Assembly: GCA_965214705.1 (NCBI GenBank)
Contig: OZ243972.1
Coordinates: 1,216,001-1,280,000, forward strand
Length of the DNA stretch: 64,000 bases
From: Alphaproteobacteria bacterium
GTDB taxonomy: Bacteria > Pseudomonadota > Alphaproteobacteria > UBA828
Direction of reading: 5' to 3'
In this document: positions 31,057-41,483 of the stretch, piece after piece
Layout of the letters: each line of letters opens with the position of its first letter
How positions within the stretch are numbered: the first letter of the stretch is position 1
Made by a program: the position numbers and the translations under genes
The notes under the pieces: generated by a model
Seen by the model: only the letters and a program-made list of their open reading frames with translations
Told to the model about the DNA's origin: nothing
Database searches by the model: none

Positions 31057-33153
31057 TCAGGCGAGGGGCAGCAGCTCGGCGATCTCGCGCTTGAAGGGAA
31101 CGCCGTCGCCCTCCACCGCCGGGCCGTCCAATTCCTCCGCGTAGCGGCGCCCGGCATAGACCGCGTGGGCGATGGTCGCCGGCGCGAGTGCGTCTCCGAT
31201 CGTCGTGACCGTCTCGATCCCCGCGTTCCTCCAGTCGTCGGAACGTGCCGCAAGCTCGCGCGCGAGGCGGTCTTCCGGTGTGCGCGAGGTGACCAGCACC
31301 ACCGCGTCCGCCTCGATCTCCTCCATGCGCCCGGTGAAGACGCAGGAGGCTGTAATGGAGCCTTCGGAGACGGCGTCGAGATTCGTGAAGCTCTGGATCG
31401 TTACGCCTTTCTCCAGGAGCCGTGCCTGGATGAAGTGCTGCTCCATGGTGTTCTGGGTCCATGTCGAGGCTTCAGAGGCCGGCGTCAGGTAGTGAGTCTT
31501 GCAGCCGTGGTCGGCGAGCAGTTCGGCGATCACGCCGCCCATGTAGTAGTGGTCGTCATCCCAGACCACGACCCGCGTCTCTTCCGACGGCATGGTGCCA
31601 TCCATGATGTCGTTGGCAGTCAGCACCCGTGCGTCTGCGGCGATCGGCATGGGCCGCGCCCAGCTTCGGCCGATGCCGTCCGCCCGCCAGCGCGCGCCGG
31701 TGGCGACCACGACACGGGGCACGCCGAATTCCAGCACGGAGTCCGCGTCGAGGTCGGAATCGAAGTAGACCGCCACGTTGGGCAGCTGATGAAGCTGCTG
31801 CTCGCGGTAGTCGCGGACCCGGCCCCAGGCGGCGAGGCCCGGCAGCCGGCATTCCCGCGCGACGCGGCCGCCGAGCGCCGTGCCCTTCTCCGCCAACGTC
31901 ACCTCGTAGCCCCGCTTGCCGAGCGCTTGCGCCGCCTCGAGGCCTGCAGGGCCGGCGCCCACAATCAGGACGGGCTTCTCCGACTCCCGCGGCCGGATGC
32001 GCTCCGGGTGCCAGCCCTTGCGCCACTCCTCGCCCATCGTCGGGTTCTGGGTGCAGCGGATCGGCGACATCGTGAAGTCGCCCGAGACGCAGATGTTGCA
32101 GCCGATGCACTCGCGAATGTCGTCGAGGCGCCCTTCCTCGATCTTCCTGGGCAGGAACGGGTCGGCGATGGAGGGTCGGGCGCAGCCGATGAAATCGGCG
32201 ATCCCCTTGTTGACGACCGAGACCATTCGGTCCGGCGAGGTATAGCGCCCGACGACGACGACCGGCTTGGTGGTGAGCGTCTTCACGCCCTGGACGAAGG
32301 GCTCCTGCCCGCCTTCGGCGCCGAACCGCGATGTGCGGGAATCGTTGGGCCAGGCCGCAAGCGACAGGTCCCAAAGGTCCGGCAGCTCGGCGACGAGTCC
32401 GATCAGCTCCTCCACCTCCGCCTTTTCCAGGCCGTCCGCGCCGAGCAGCTCGTCGACGGCGATCCGGCACGGCACGGCGCAGGTGTCGCCCACGGCTTCC
32501 CGCGTATCGGTCAGCAGCTCCTCCAGCAGGCGCACGCGGTTGCGCGCAGACCCGCCGTACTCGTCGCTCCGCCGATTGTGATGGCGGGAGAGGAAGTGGT
32601 GCAGGATGGTAAGCGCGTGGCCGGCGTAGACGTAGATGAGGTCGAACCCGGCCTCACGCGCCCGAAGCGCCGCCGCGCGATGCCAGCGGCGGAGGTCGCG
32701 GATGTCCTGTTTGTCCATGGCACGGGCCTGTATCGGCTCGTAGCCAGCGGTCGTGACCGGGATAGCCGAGGCCGCCAGGGGCACCTCTCTCGCGTAGTGG
32801 TTGGCGGCGTGGGGGCCGTTGTGGGCAAGCTCGATCCCTGCCAGCGCGCCGAACTCGTGGATTCGGTCCGCGGTCCGCGCGAGCGTCGGGATGTCGCGAT
32901 CGTCCCAGAGCCGGAGCTCGATGAAGGGGGCGACGTCCGACGTGGGGTGGATTTCCACCTCCTCGGTACAGACCACGGCCCAGCCGCCCTCCGCCTTGAC
33001 CCCGCGCATCCAGGCGAGCGCGGTGGGGTCGCGGTGGCCCATGCCGTTGCAGTGCGGCACCTGGAAGAAGCGGTTCTTCGCGGTCACTGGGCCGATCGCA
33101 ACCGGCTCGAAGAGCACGTCGAAGCGGGGGTCGCGCTGTGCGCCGCTGGTCAT
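31057..33153 (-). CDS. Trimethylamine/dimethylamine/histamine dehydrogenase family flavoprotein
   Basis: RDPRFDVLFEP..IGP..AKNRFFQVPHC (Cys for covalent FMN), YVYAGH, 4Fe-4S motif CIGCNIC...C, GAGPAG. Confidence 0.88.
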   Translation of the reverse strand: MTSGAQRDPRFDVLFEPVAIGPVTAKNRFFQVPHCNGMGHRDPTALAWMRGVKAEGGWAVVCTEEVEIHPTSDVAPFIELRLWDDRDIPTLARTADRIHEFGALAGIELAHNGPHAANHYAREVPLAASAIPVTTAGYEPIQARAMDKQDIRDLRRWHRAAALRAREAGFDLIYVYAGHALTILHHFLSRHHNRRSDEYGGSARNRVRLLEELLTDTREAVGDTCAVPCRIAVDELLGADGLEKAEVEELIGLVAELPDLWDLSLAAWPNDSRTSRFGAEGGQEPFVQGVKTLTTKPVVVVGRYTSPDRMVSVVNKGIADFIGCARPSIADPFLPRKIEEGRLDDIRECIGCNICVSGDFTMSPIRCTQNPTMGEEWRKGWHPERIRPRESEKPVLIVGAGPAGLEAAQALGKRGYEVTLAEKGTALGGRVARECRLPGLAAWGRVRDYREQQLHQLPNVAVYFDSDLDADSVLEFGVPRVVVATGARWRADGIGRSWARPMPIAADARVLTANDIMDGTMPSEETRVVVWDDDHYYMGGVIAELLADHGCKTHYLTPASEASTWTQNTMEQHFIQARLLEKGVTIQSFTNLDAVSEGSITASCVFTGRMEEIEADAVVLVTSRTPEDRLARELAARSDDWRNAGIETVTTIGDALAPATIAHAVYAGRRYAEELDGPAVEGDGVPFKREIAELLPLA

Positions 33154-36065
33154 TCTCAATCTCCGTCAGTCGCCGAGGCGCAGCTTACGCCATCGCGGCC
33201 CGTCGTGAGACGGGAAGACGTAGTTAGCCCCCTGCCTCGGCGAGCAGCGACGCGTTGCCACCGGCCGCCGTGGTGTCGACACAGAGGTGGCGCTCCAGCA
33301 CGTAGCGCTCGGGCGCTGACGCCTCCGCGATCAGCGGCAGGATGAGGCCGGGGCGCCGTGCGAGCGCGGTGCGCATCGCGGCGAGCACGTCGCGATCCGC
33401 GGCGCAGGCGACAGCGGCGATGCCCGACAGGGTAGTGAGTGCCCCTGGCACGACCTGGCCGTCGAGCACGACCACGCACGGATCGATGGCGTGACCGGTG
33501 AGCGCCGCGCTCGCGCCGTCCGCGACCGCCACCACAGCGTTGCCCGCGTCGCGGGCTGCCGCGACCTGCGCGCGGACCGCGTCGGCGCCTGGGCCGAGGC
33601 AGAGCACCACGCCACGGGGCGCGAACGAGAGCCGGTTGGATTCGCCGGTGGGGCCGGGGAGGTCCAGCGGTGCGAAGCGGCCGCCGTCCCCGCGATGCGC
33701 TCTGGCCGCGAGCACACGCCCGGCGTCAGCGATGGCGGCGGCGAGCAACGCCTCGCTGATTACCGCGCCGGAGGGCCGGCCTCCGGCGGGAGCGGCACCG
33801 ACCATGAGGCGTTGTACGTAGTGGGGACCGCCGGCCTTCGGCCCGGTGCCGCTCAGGCCTTCGCCACCGAACGGCTGCGAGCCCACCACCGCGCCGATCT
33901 GGTTGCGATTGACGTAGATGTTGCCCGCGCGCACGCGATCCACGATGTGCTGAACGCGGTCGTCGATGCGGGTGTGCAGGCCGAAGGTGAGGCCGTAGCC
34001 AGCCTCGTTGACGGCGTCGACAACGGCGTCGATCTCGTTGGCGCCGAAGGTCGCGACGTGCAGCACCGGCCCGAAGATTTCCTCTTCGAGCGCCTCGATG
34101 CCGGCGACCCCGAGCACCGTCGGCGGTACGAATGTGCCGTCCCCCGGCGCCGCGAGCCGCTTGAGCAGGCGTCCCTCCTGTTCGGCCTCTGCGCAGTGTG
34201 CCTCGATGCGATCTCGCGCGTCTTGGTCGATCACCGGGCCGATATCGGTGGCAAGGTTCCACGGGTCGCCGAGGCGAAGCGCGTCCATGGCGCCGAACAG
34301 CATCTCCAGAATCCGCGCCTCGACCTCGCGCTGGATGTAGAGGATGCGCAGCGCCGAGCAGCGCTGGCCGGCACTCTGGAAGGCGGAGGCCACGATGTCC
34401 CGCACCGCCTGCTCGGGCAGCGCCGTGGAATCGACAATCATCGCGTTGAGCCCGCCGGTCTCTGCGATCAGCGGTGCATCGGGCGCGAGGTGTTCGGCCA
34501 TTGCCCGGTCAATCAGCCGGGCGGTCTCGGTCGAGCCGGTGAAGCACACGCCATCGAAGCGGGGGTCGGCGACCAGCGTTCCGCCCACCGAGGCGCCATC
34601 GCCCGGCAATAGCTGCAAGGTGTCGCGCGGGATGCGCGCCTCGTGCATCATTGCGACCGCGCGCGCCGCGATCAGCGGGGTCTGCTCGGCCGGCTTGGCG
34701 ACGACCGCGTTGCCCGCCGCGAGTGCTCCGAGAATCTGGCCCGAGAAGATAGCGAGCGGGAAGTTCCAGGGCGAGATGCAGGCGATCACGCCGCGGGGAG
34801 TGCATCGGCGCTCGCGGTGCGAGCTCAGAGCCTCGCCTGCGTAGAAGCGCGCAAAGTCGCAGGCCTCGCGCACCTCCGCCACGCAGTCTGGCAAGGTCTT
34901 GCCGGCCTCGCGGGCAGCGAGCGCGAAGAGTTCAGGTGCGCGCTCCTCGTAGAGATCGGCTACGTGGCAGAGCCGGCTTGCGCGTTCCTCGACGCTTAGC
35001 GTTGCCCACGTCACGGCGCCGTCTCGCGCCGCCTCGAGGGTTATTTCGATGTCGGCCCGCGCCGCTTGAGTGACGTAACCGACGATCTCGTCCGGCCGCG
35101 CTGGGTTCCGTACCGCCGCACGCCCGGCGCCAACGGCGTCGCCGGCGATCATCGGCCCGGCTTCCCAAACCTCGGTACGGAAGGGCTGGCGCGCAGCCTC
35201 GATCGCGTCGACGGTGAGCGGATCGGCGAGGTCCCACCCCTTCGCATTGCGGCGGGCTGGCATGAAGATATCGGGAGGTGCCGCGATGGCCGGGTTTGCG
35301 ACCGCGACTCCGCATTCTTCCACTGCCGCCACGGGATCGCGCGCGATCTCCTCCGCCGTCACGCTCTCGTCCACGATCTGGTTTACGAAGGAACTGTTGG
35401 CGCCGTTCTCCAGCAGACGGCGGACGAGATAAGCGAGCAGGTCGTGATGGGCGCCCACCGGCGCGTAGATACGGCAGCGGAGGCCATGCGCCGCGCGCAT
35501 TGCCGCATGGAGGGCTTCGCCCATGCCGTGCAGGCGCTGGAATTCGAAGTCCGTTCCGCCGCCCGCCATGTGCAGCACCGCCGCCACCGTGTGTGCGTTG
35601 TGGGTGGCGAACTGTGGATAGAGGCGGTCCGTCATTCCGAGCAGCTTGCGCGCGCACGCGAGGTAGGCGACATCGGTGCTCGCCTTGCGGGTGAACACCG
35701 GGAAGCCGGCGAGGCCCTGTATCTGGGCGCGCTTGATCTCCGTGTCCCAGTAGGCGCCCTTGACCAGCCGCACCATGATGCGGCGCCCGTGCAAGCCCGC
35801 GAGCGCGTAGGTCCAGTCGATGACGTGCGCCGCCCGCTTGCCGTAGGCCTGCACCACGACGCCGAAGCCGTCCCACCCTGCGAGCGCCGGGTCAACCAGC
35901 ACCGCCTCGATGACATCGAGCGAGAGGTCGACGCGGTCCGCCTCCTCGGCATCCACGTTGAGGCCGATGCCGGCCGACTTGGCGAGCAGCGCCAGCGCGC
36001 CGAGGCGGGCCGTGACCTCTGTCAGCACCCGGTCACGCTGCGCAAACTCATAGCGCGGGTGGAGC

Positions 36066-38267
36066 CAGGGCGAATTTGTCCAAGCCTGATTTTTGAGTTC
36101 TGCGCTACGAGTTGACCTTGGGTCTGGTCAGCGCGCGCCAACCCTGCTATGGATTGAGGCGACTGGATTCGCGGTGTTCTGCTGCGGATCGGCTTCGAGC
36201 AGGGGGACGGTTTCTACGGTGGATCTTTCCGAGGTCGATGTCGCTGCTGTCCGGCCGGAGGACGAGGCCCGGTTCCGCGCGCTGATGGAGGGGCATCACT
36301 ACCTGGGTGCGTCTGCGAAGGTGGGGGCGACGGCGTGGTACGTCGCCCATCGGCGCGGCGAGTGGCTGGCGCTGGCCGTGTTTTCGGCTGCGGCGCGCAA
36401 GTGCCGGGCGCGGGACGAGTGGATCGGCTGGGACTTCCGCACGCAGCACGGGCGGCTGCATCTGATCGCGAACAACGCGCGCTTCCTGATCCTGCCGGGA
36501 CGGGGTGTTCCGAACCTCGGCTCGCGGGTGCTGGGGCTTTGCGCGCGGCGCTTGGCGCGCGACTGGCCGGCCCGCTTCGGCCACCCCGTGCTGATGCTGG
36601 AAACATTCGTGGACGCGGCGAGGTTCCGGGGCACGGTCTACCGGGCGGCTGGATGGCTGGCGGTCGGCCAGACCCGCGGCTTCCGGCGCCACCGCTCGGG
36701 CTATGTCGCCGGCTCGACGCCGAAGCTTGTGCTGCTGCGCCCCCTGGTTCCCGACGCCTGCCGCCGGCTGTCCGCTGCCGGGCTGGATCGGGAGTTGTGG
36801 AAGAAAGGAGTTCCGAGAACCATGATCAGCGCCGCTCAGCAAGAGTCGCTCTACGCCTACTTCAAGGACATCGACGACCCCCGCACGCGCAAGGGACGGC
36901 GGCATTCGCTGCCCAGCGTGCTCGCGCTTGCGAGTGGCGCGACGCTCTGCGGCATGCGAGGCTGGAAGGCCATCTCCGAGTGGGTCGACGATCTCGGCGA
37001 GAAGGCGCTGGCCCGCTTCGGCGTGCGGCTGCGCGACGGGGTGCGCCGGCCGCCTTCGATGTCGACCATCCGCAATGTGGTGATCCGGGTGGACCCGGAC
37101 CAGTTGGACGAGGCGTTGCGCAAGTGGCAGGAGGCCCACGGCTCAGGCGACGCGGCGCTTGCCATCGACGGCAAGACCCTGAGGGGGGCCATCGACGAGG
37201 ACGGGACCCAGGCTCATGTCATGAGCGCGGTCGGGCACGAGACCAAGGCCACGCTCGCCCAAAAAAACTTCTCCTGAAAGTCGGGGCCGACGAGGAGACA
37301 AAGCGCACCAACGAGATCGGCACCGTGACGGCGCTGGTGGACCTGATCCCGAACATCGCGGGCAAGACGGTCACGACGGACGCGCTGCTAACCCAGCGCA
37401 AGTTCGCCCGCTACCTGCTCGACCGGGGCGCGCACTTCATGTTCATCGTGAAAGGGAACCAGAAGACCATGCGGGACGATGTGACGCTGCTCTTCGAAGA
37501 GGCGCCGGAGCGTGAGCCTGACTTCGAGGAGGAGGCCGCGCTGTCGCACGGACGCATCGAGCAGCGGGCAATCTGGACGAGCACGGAGTTGAACGGCTTT
37601 CTCGACTTCCCGGGCGTCGGCCAGGTCTTCATGATCGAGCGCTCCCGCCAGGACAAGAAGACCGGCGAGACCGGCACCGAGACCGCCTACGGGATCTCCA
37701 GCCACACGCCCGGCACGGCCAACGCGCAGAGCCTGCTCGCCCTCAACCGCGGCCACTGGTGCATCGAGAACAGCTCGCACCACTGCCTCGACTGGACCTG
37801 GGACGAGGACCGCAGCCGCATACGCACAGGCTTCGGCCCCGAGAACATGACCCGCCTGCGGCGCTTCGCCATCGGCCTGATCAAGGGCCGGGGGCTCGAG
37901 GTCGCCTCGACCGTGCGCAGGCTCGCCCGCAACGTCCGCGCCGTCCTCGACTTCCTGAAAATGACCGGGAACACCCAGCCGAGGACCGCAAAGCGCGCCG
38001 CGCCGGCCTGAACCCCGGCGCCCGGCAAGCCGGGCGCAAAGATCGTACCTGCCTCGCTCCCGACCACGCCGGTGGCGCGATCCATCATGTCGGGGCACCG
38101 CCAAATCGCGACGGCACCGCCCGCACCGCCCACACGGTAATGCCAGAACCCTCTGACCGAACCGGATGCTCGGCCAGACCCCGCCGCAAACCCCGCAACA
38201 AAGCCGATCCGCACAACCCGTGGCCAGAACTCAACTGCCTACCAGCCGCTTGGACAAATTTGCCCTG
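36066..38267 (+). mobile_element. ISAs1-family insertion sequence (2202 bp) with DUF4338-fused transposase
   Basis: 20-bp TIRs CAGGGCGAATTTGTCCAAGC / CAGGGCAAATTTGTCCAAGC (1 mismatch). 10-bp TSD CGGGTGGAGC at 36056-36065 and 38268-38277. Confidence 0.96.
36219..38011 (+). CDS. DUF4338(DruA-like)-ISAs1 transposase, joined by a -1 frameshift at about 37262-37268
   Basis: Frame 0: HHYLG, ARDEWIGW, NNARFLILP, ETFVD..RFRGTVYRAAGW, then DPR...GRRH, IDGKTLRG. -1 frame: NEI, DALLTQ, VKGNQ, HGRIEQR, RGHWCIEN..H..LD. Confidence 0.88.
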
Positions 38268-39022
38268 CGGGTGGAGCGCCGAGAGCTTGACCGAAACCCC
38301 CGGCCGGTCGCGGATGGGTGCGCCCCTGCCGACATCCGCAAGCGCGGTGATAGAATCGGAATAGGCGAGGTGGTAGCGACGCGCGTCCGCCTCGGTGCGG
38401 GCCGCTTCGCCCAGCATGTCGTAGGAGAAGCTGTAGCCCTGCGCCTCCAGCTCGGCGGCACGGGCCATGGCCTCGCCCATGTCGCGCCCGAGCACGAACT
38501 GGTGCCCGAGCTCGCGCATCGCCTGGGCGACCGCCGCGCGGATGACCGGCTCGCCGAGCCGCTTGACCGCGCCGTGCAACGCGCCGGCGAGGCCCTCCTC
38601 CGTATCGCCCAGCACCTTGCCGGTCAGCAGCAACGCCCAGGTGGAAGCGTTGACCAGCGGCGAGCTCGATTGCCCCAGATGCGCCGCCCAGTCCGACGCC
38701 GCGATCTTGTCCTCGATCAGCGCGTCGATGGTCTCGGTGTCCGGCACCCGCAGCAGCGCTTCGGCGAGGCACATGAGCGCCACGCCCTCGCGAGACGAGA
38801 GCCCGTACTCGGCGAGGAAGCCCTGCATGATCGAGGCGCTGCCGCCCGCCCGGACGGTGCGGACCAGATCGGCCGCGCGCGCGGAAATGGCATCGCGGTC
38901 CGCCGGCATGAGGCCCGCGGTTTCCACCATGCAGCGCACCGCCAGGACCTCGTCTTCGAGAGTGGCGGCGCGCATCGCCGCCCGAATGTCGGAGAGACGC
39001 TGTGACTGCCGGCAGGCGCGGC

Positions 39023-39964
39023 TCACCGCCGTTGGCCGCCCGCGCTGATCCCGATGGCGGCGAGGATGACCAGCCCGGTGGTGAGGTCGCGGTAGAAGGG
39101 ATCGGCGTTCAGGATGTTGAAGCCGTTGCTGATCAGCGCCAGCAGGAAGACGCCGCCGAGGCTGCGCCACACCGCGCCGGCCCCGCCGTAGATGCTGGTG
39201 CCGCCCAGGATCACGGCGGCGATGGCCTGCAGCTCCATGCCCTGCCCAGCCGCCGCCTGTCCCAGTGCCACGCGGGAGGTCGCGATGATCGAGGCGAGCC
39301 CCGCCGCAAACCCCGCAATGGCAAAGGTGGCGGTCTTCACGCGGTCCGTCCGGATGCCGGAGAGTACCGCCGCCTCCTCGTTGCCGCCGACGGCGAAGAC
39401 CCGCCGCCCGAAGGCGGTCCGGGTCAGCGCGAAGGTCAGGATGATGGCGAAGACCGCCATGATCCAGACGGCGATGAAGACTCCGCCCGCCTTGTCGCGC
39501 CCGAGCCAGGTGAAGGTGTCCAGGCGGACGGAGATCAGCCGCCCGTCGGAGATGACGATGGCGACACCCTTGAAGATCAGACTCGTGGCGATGGTGGCGA
39601 GGAAGGAATGCACCCGGAGCGCATTGATCACCACGCCGTTCATGGTGCCGAGGATGAGGCCGATGAAGGGCGCCAGGAAGAGACCGAGATAGGGATCCAC
39701 ATGGAGCGCGATCCAGGCCGACATGACCGAGCCCATGGAGAAGATCGCCGCCACCGAGAGGTCGAACCCGCCTGCGATGATCACCAGCGTCATCGCCGAG
39801 GCCATGATCGCGAGCGGCGCGTTCTGGTTGAGTATGTTCAGCAGGTTGCGGGGCGTCAGGAAGTTCTCCGACAGCATGCTGAGCGCGATGACCAGGAACA
39901 CGATCATGATCAGGACCGCGTAGGTCTGCAGGAAGCGACCGATATGGAAGCTTCCGATCATCAC
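39023..39964 (-). CDS. ABC transporter permease (CUT2/RbsC type)
   Basis: GGFDLSV, FGRRVFAVGGNEEAA..SG, ELQAIAAVILGGTS. Confidence 0.93.
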   Translation of the reverse strand: MMIGSFHIGRFLQTYAVLIMIVFLVIALSMLSENFLTPRNLLNILNQNAPLAIMASAMTLVIIAGGFDLSVAAIFSMGSVMSAWIALHVDPYLGLFLAPFIGLILGTMNGVVINALRVHSFLATIATSLIFKGVAIVISDGRLISVRLDTFTWLGRDKAGGVFIAVWIMAVFAIILTFALTRTAFGRRVFAVGGNEEAAVLSGIRTDRVKTATFAIAGFAAGLASIIATSRVALGQAAAGQGMELQAIAAVILGGTSIYGGAGAVWRSLGGVFLLALISNGFNILNADPFYRDLTTGLVILAAIGISAGGQRR

Positions 39965-41475
39965 GCGGCCCCGCGCCGTTGGCTCTGGTGCTGGAAGAGC
40001 AGCGCGAGAAGGTCCGCTTCGCTGGACTCCTCCGGGATCACCTCTTCCACGATGCGGCCGCCATCGGCCAGATAGGCGCGATGGGCGAGACCCAGCACCT
40101 CCTCGATTTCGCTGGAGATGAGCAGGACGGCGGTCCCGCTCGCCGCGAGCTCCGCGATCGCGAAGTGAATTCGCTCACGGGCGCCCACGTCCACGCCGCG
40201 GCTCGGCTCGTCGAGAATCACGATGTCGGGATTCTCCATGAGCCACTTGCCGATCAGGACCTTCTGCTGATTGCCGCCGGAAAAGGTCGCGACGTTGCCG
40301 TTGGGGTCCGCCGGGCGCACACGAAAGTGCTCGATCAGGCTTAGGGCGCGCGAGCGTTCGGAGCGGCGTCGCATGACCCCAAGGTGCGCGAAGCGGCCGA
40401 GATGAGGCAAGGTCATGTTGGGGGAGACGCGCATGGTCAGGATGAGGCCCTGCTTGCGGCGGTCCTCCGGCGACATCACCATGCCCAGCCCGGCAGAGCG
40501 TCGGATGGAGCGTTTGCGGTAGCTCTCGCCGCGGAGCCGGACCTCGCCGCCCGTCGCCGGGTCCGCGCCGACGATGGCACGGGCGATCTCGCTCCTGCCG
40601 CTGCCCACGAGGCCGGTGAGGCCCACGATTTCTCCGCGCCCCACCCAGAGGCTCGCGCCGTTGGCGCCCTGCTCGCTCTCCAGGTCCTCGACTTCCAGCA
40701 CGGGCTCAGGATTTTCGGGGCGGACCTTCGGCGGAAACGGAGTCTCGCTCTTGCCGCCGCCCAGCATCGCCGCCACCAGGCTCGACCGGGTCTCGCCTGC
40801 GGCCGGCGCCGTCTTCACGTGCTTGCCGTCGCGGAGCACGGTGATCCGGTCAGAGACCTCGAGAATGTCGTGAAGAAAGTGCGAGACGTAGATGATCGAG
40901 CGTCCTTCGTCCCGCAGCGCCCGCATCGCCGAGTGAAGCTGTGTCACTTCGTCCCGCGAGAGAGAAGACGTGGGCTCGTCCATCACGATGATCCGCGCCT
41001 CGCGCGCGAGCGCCCGGAGGATTTCGATCTTCTGCTGGTCGGCGATCGGGAGCCGGGACACGATGGCATTGGGGTCGAGCTGAAAGCCGCTCGCTTCCAT
41101 CAGGTCGGAGAGGCGCTCCGCCTCGGTCCGGCGCAGCACGCCCCAGCGCTGGTCCTCCAGGCCGAGGAAGACGTTCTCGGCTACCGTCAGTGCCGGGACG
41201 AGCTGGAGCTCCTGGTGCATGATCGCGACGCCCTTGGAGAGCGCCGAGAGAGGATCCCACGCGCTCGCCCGCTCGCCAAAGACATCGAGCGTGCCCGCGC
41301 TCGCGGCGTAGTAGCCGCCGAACACCTTGCCGAGCGTCGACTTGCCGGCGCCGTTCTCGCCGATCAGCCCGTGGATTTCGCCCGGCAGGATGTCCACCGA
41401 GACGTCGCTGAGAACCCAGACGCCCGCGAAGGCGACGCCGATCCCGTTAGCTCGTAGCGCCGGCTCGTCAGCCAT
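39961..41475 (-). CDS. ABC transporter ATP-binding protein (RbsA type, double domain)
   Basis: GENGAGKST, MDEPTSSL, SGGNQQK, LDEPSRGVDVGA. Confidence 0.95.
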   Translation of the reverse strand: MADEPALRANGIGVAFAGVWVLSDVSVDILPGEIHGLIGENGAGKSTLGKVFGGYYAASAGTLDVFGERASAWDPLSALSKGVAIMHQELQLVPALTVAENVFLGLEDQRWGVLRRTEAERLSDLMEASGFQLDPNAIVSRLPIADQQKIEILRALAREARIIVMDEPTSSLSRDEVTQLHSAMRALRDEGRSIIYVSHFLHDILEVSDRITVLRDGKHVKTAPAAGETRSSLVAAMLGGGKSETPFPPKVRPENPEPVLEVEDLESEQGANGASLWVGRGEIVGLTGLVGSGRSEIARAIVGADPATGGEVRLRGESYRKRSIRRSAGLGMVMSPEDRRKQGLILTMRVSPNMTLPHLGRFAHLGVMRRRSERSRALSLIEHFRVRPADPNGNVATFSGGNQQKVLIGKWLMENPDIVILDEPSRGVDVGARERIHFAIAELAASGTAVLLISSEIEEVLGLAHRAYLADGGRIVEEVIPEESSEADLLALLFQHQSQRRGAA

Positions 41476-41483
41476 AACCGTGA

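Larger units (their letters stand above)
33224..39026 (-). pseudogene. putA: Bifunctional proline dehydrogenase/P5C dehydrogenase interrupted by an ISAs1-family IS
   Basis: N-part 38268-39026 (EGVALMCLAEALLRVPD, SYDMLGEAA, SVKLSALHP). C-part 33224-36065 (VDAEE, RLVKGAYWD, ETGG, SAGQRCSALR). Removing the IS plus one TSD copy restores the frame (LHPRYEF). Confidence 0.95.

Noticed and set aside
31033-33345. Long antisense ORFs (also 43613-45970, 59962-62247, 41727-43649, 16796-18442)
   Set aside because: Stop-poor shadow frames typical of high-GC DNA, lying opposite well-supported genes.
33224-36028. 934-aa ORF as an intact stand-alone P5C dehydrogenase
   Set aside because: It is the 3' part of IS-split putA, starting inside the PRODH barrel.
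36219-36790. Druantia defence system
   Set aside because: The DruA-like domains are fused inside IS transposases; no DruE helicase or other dru genes are present in the window.
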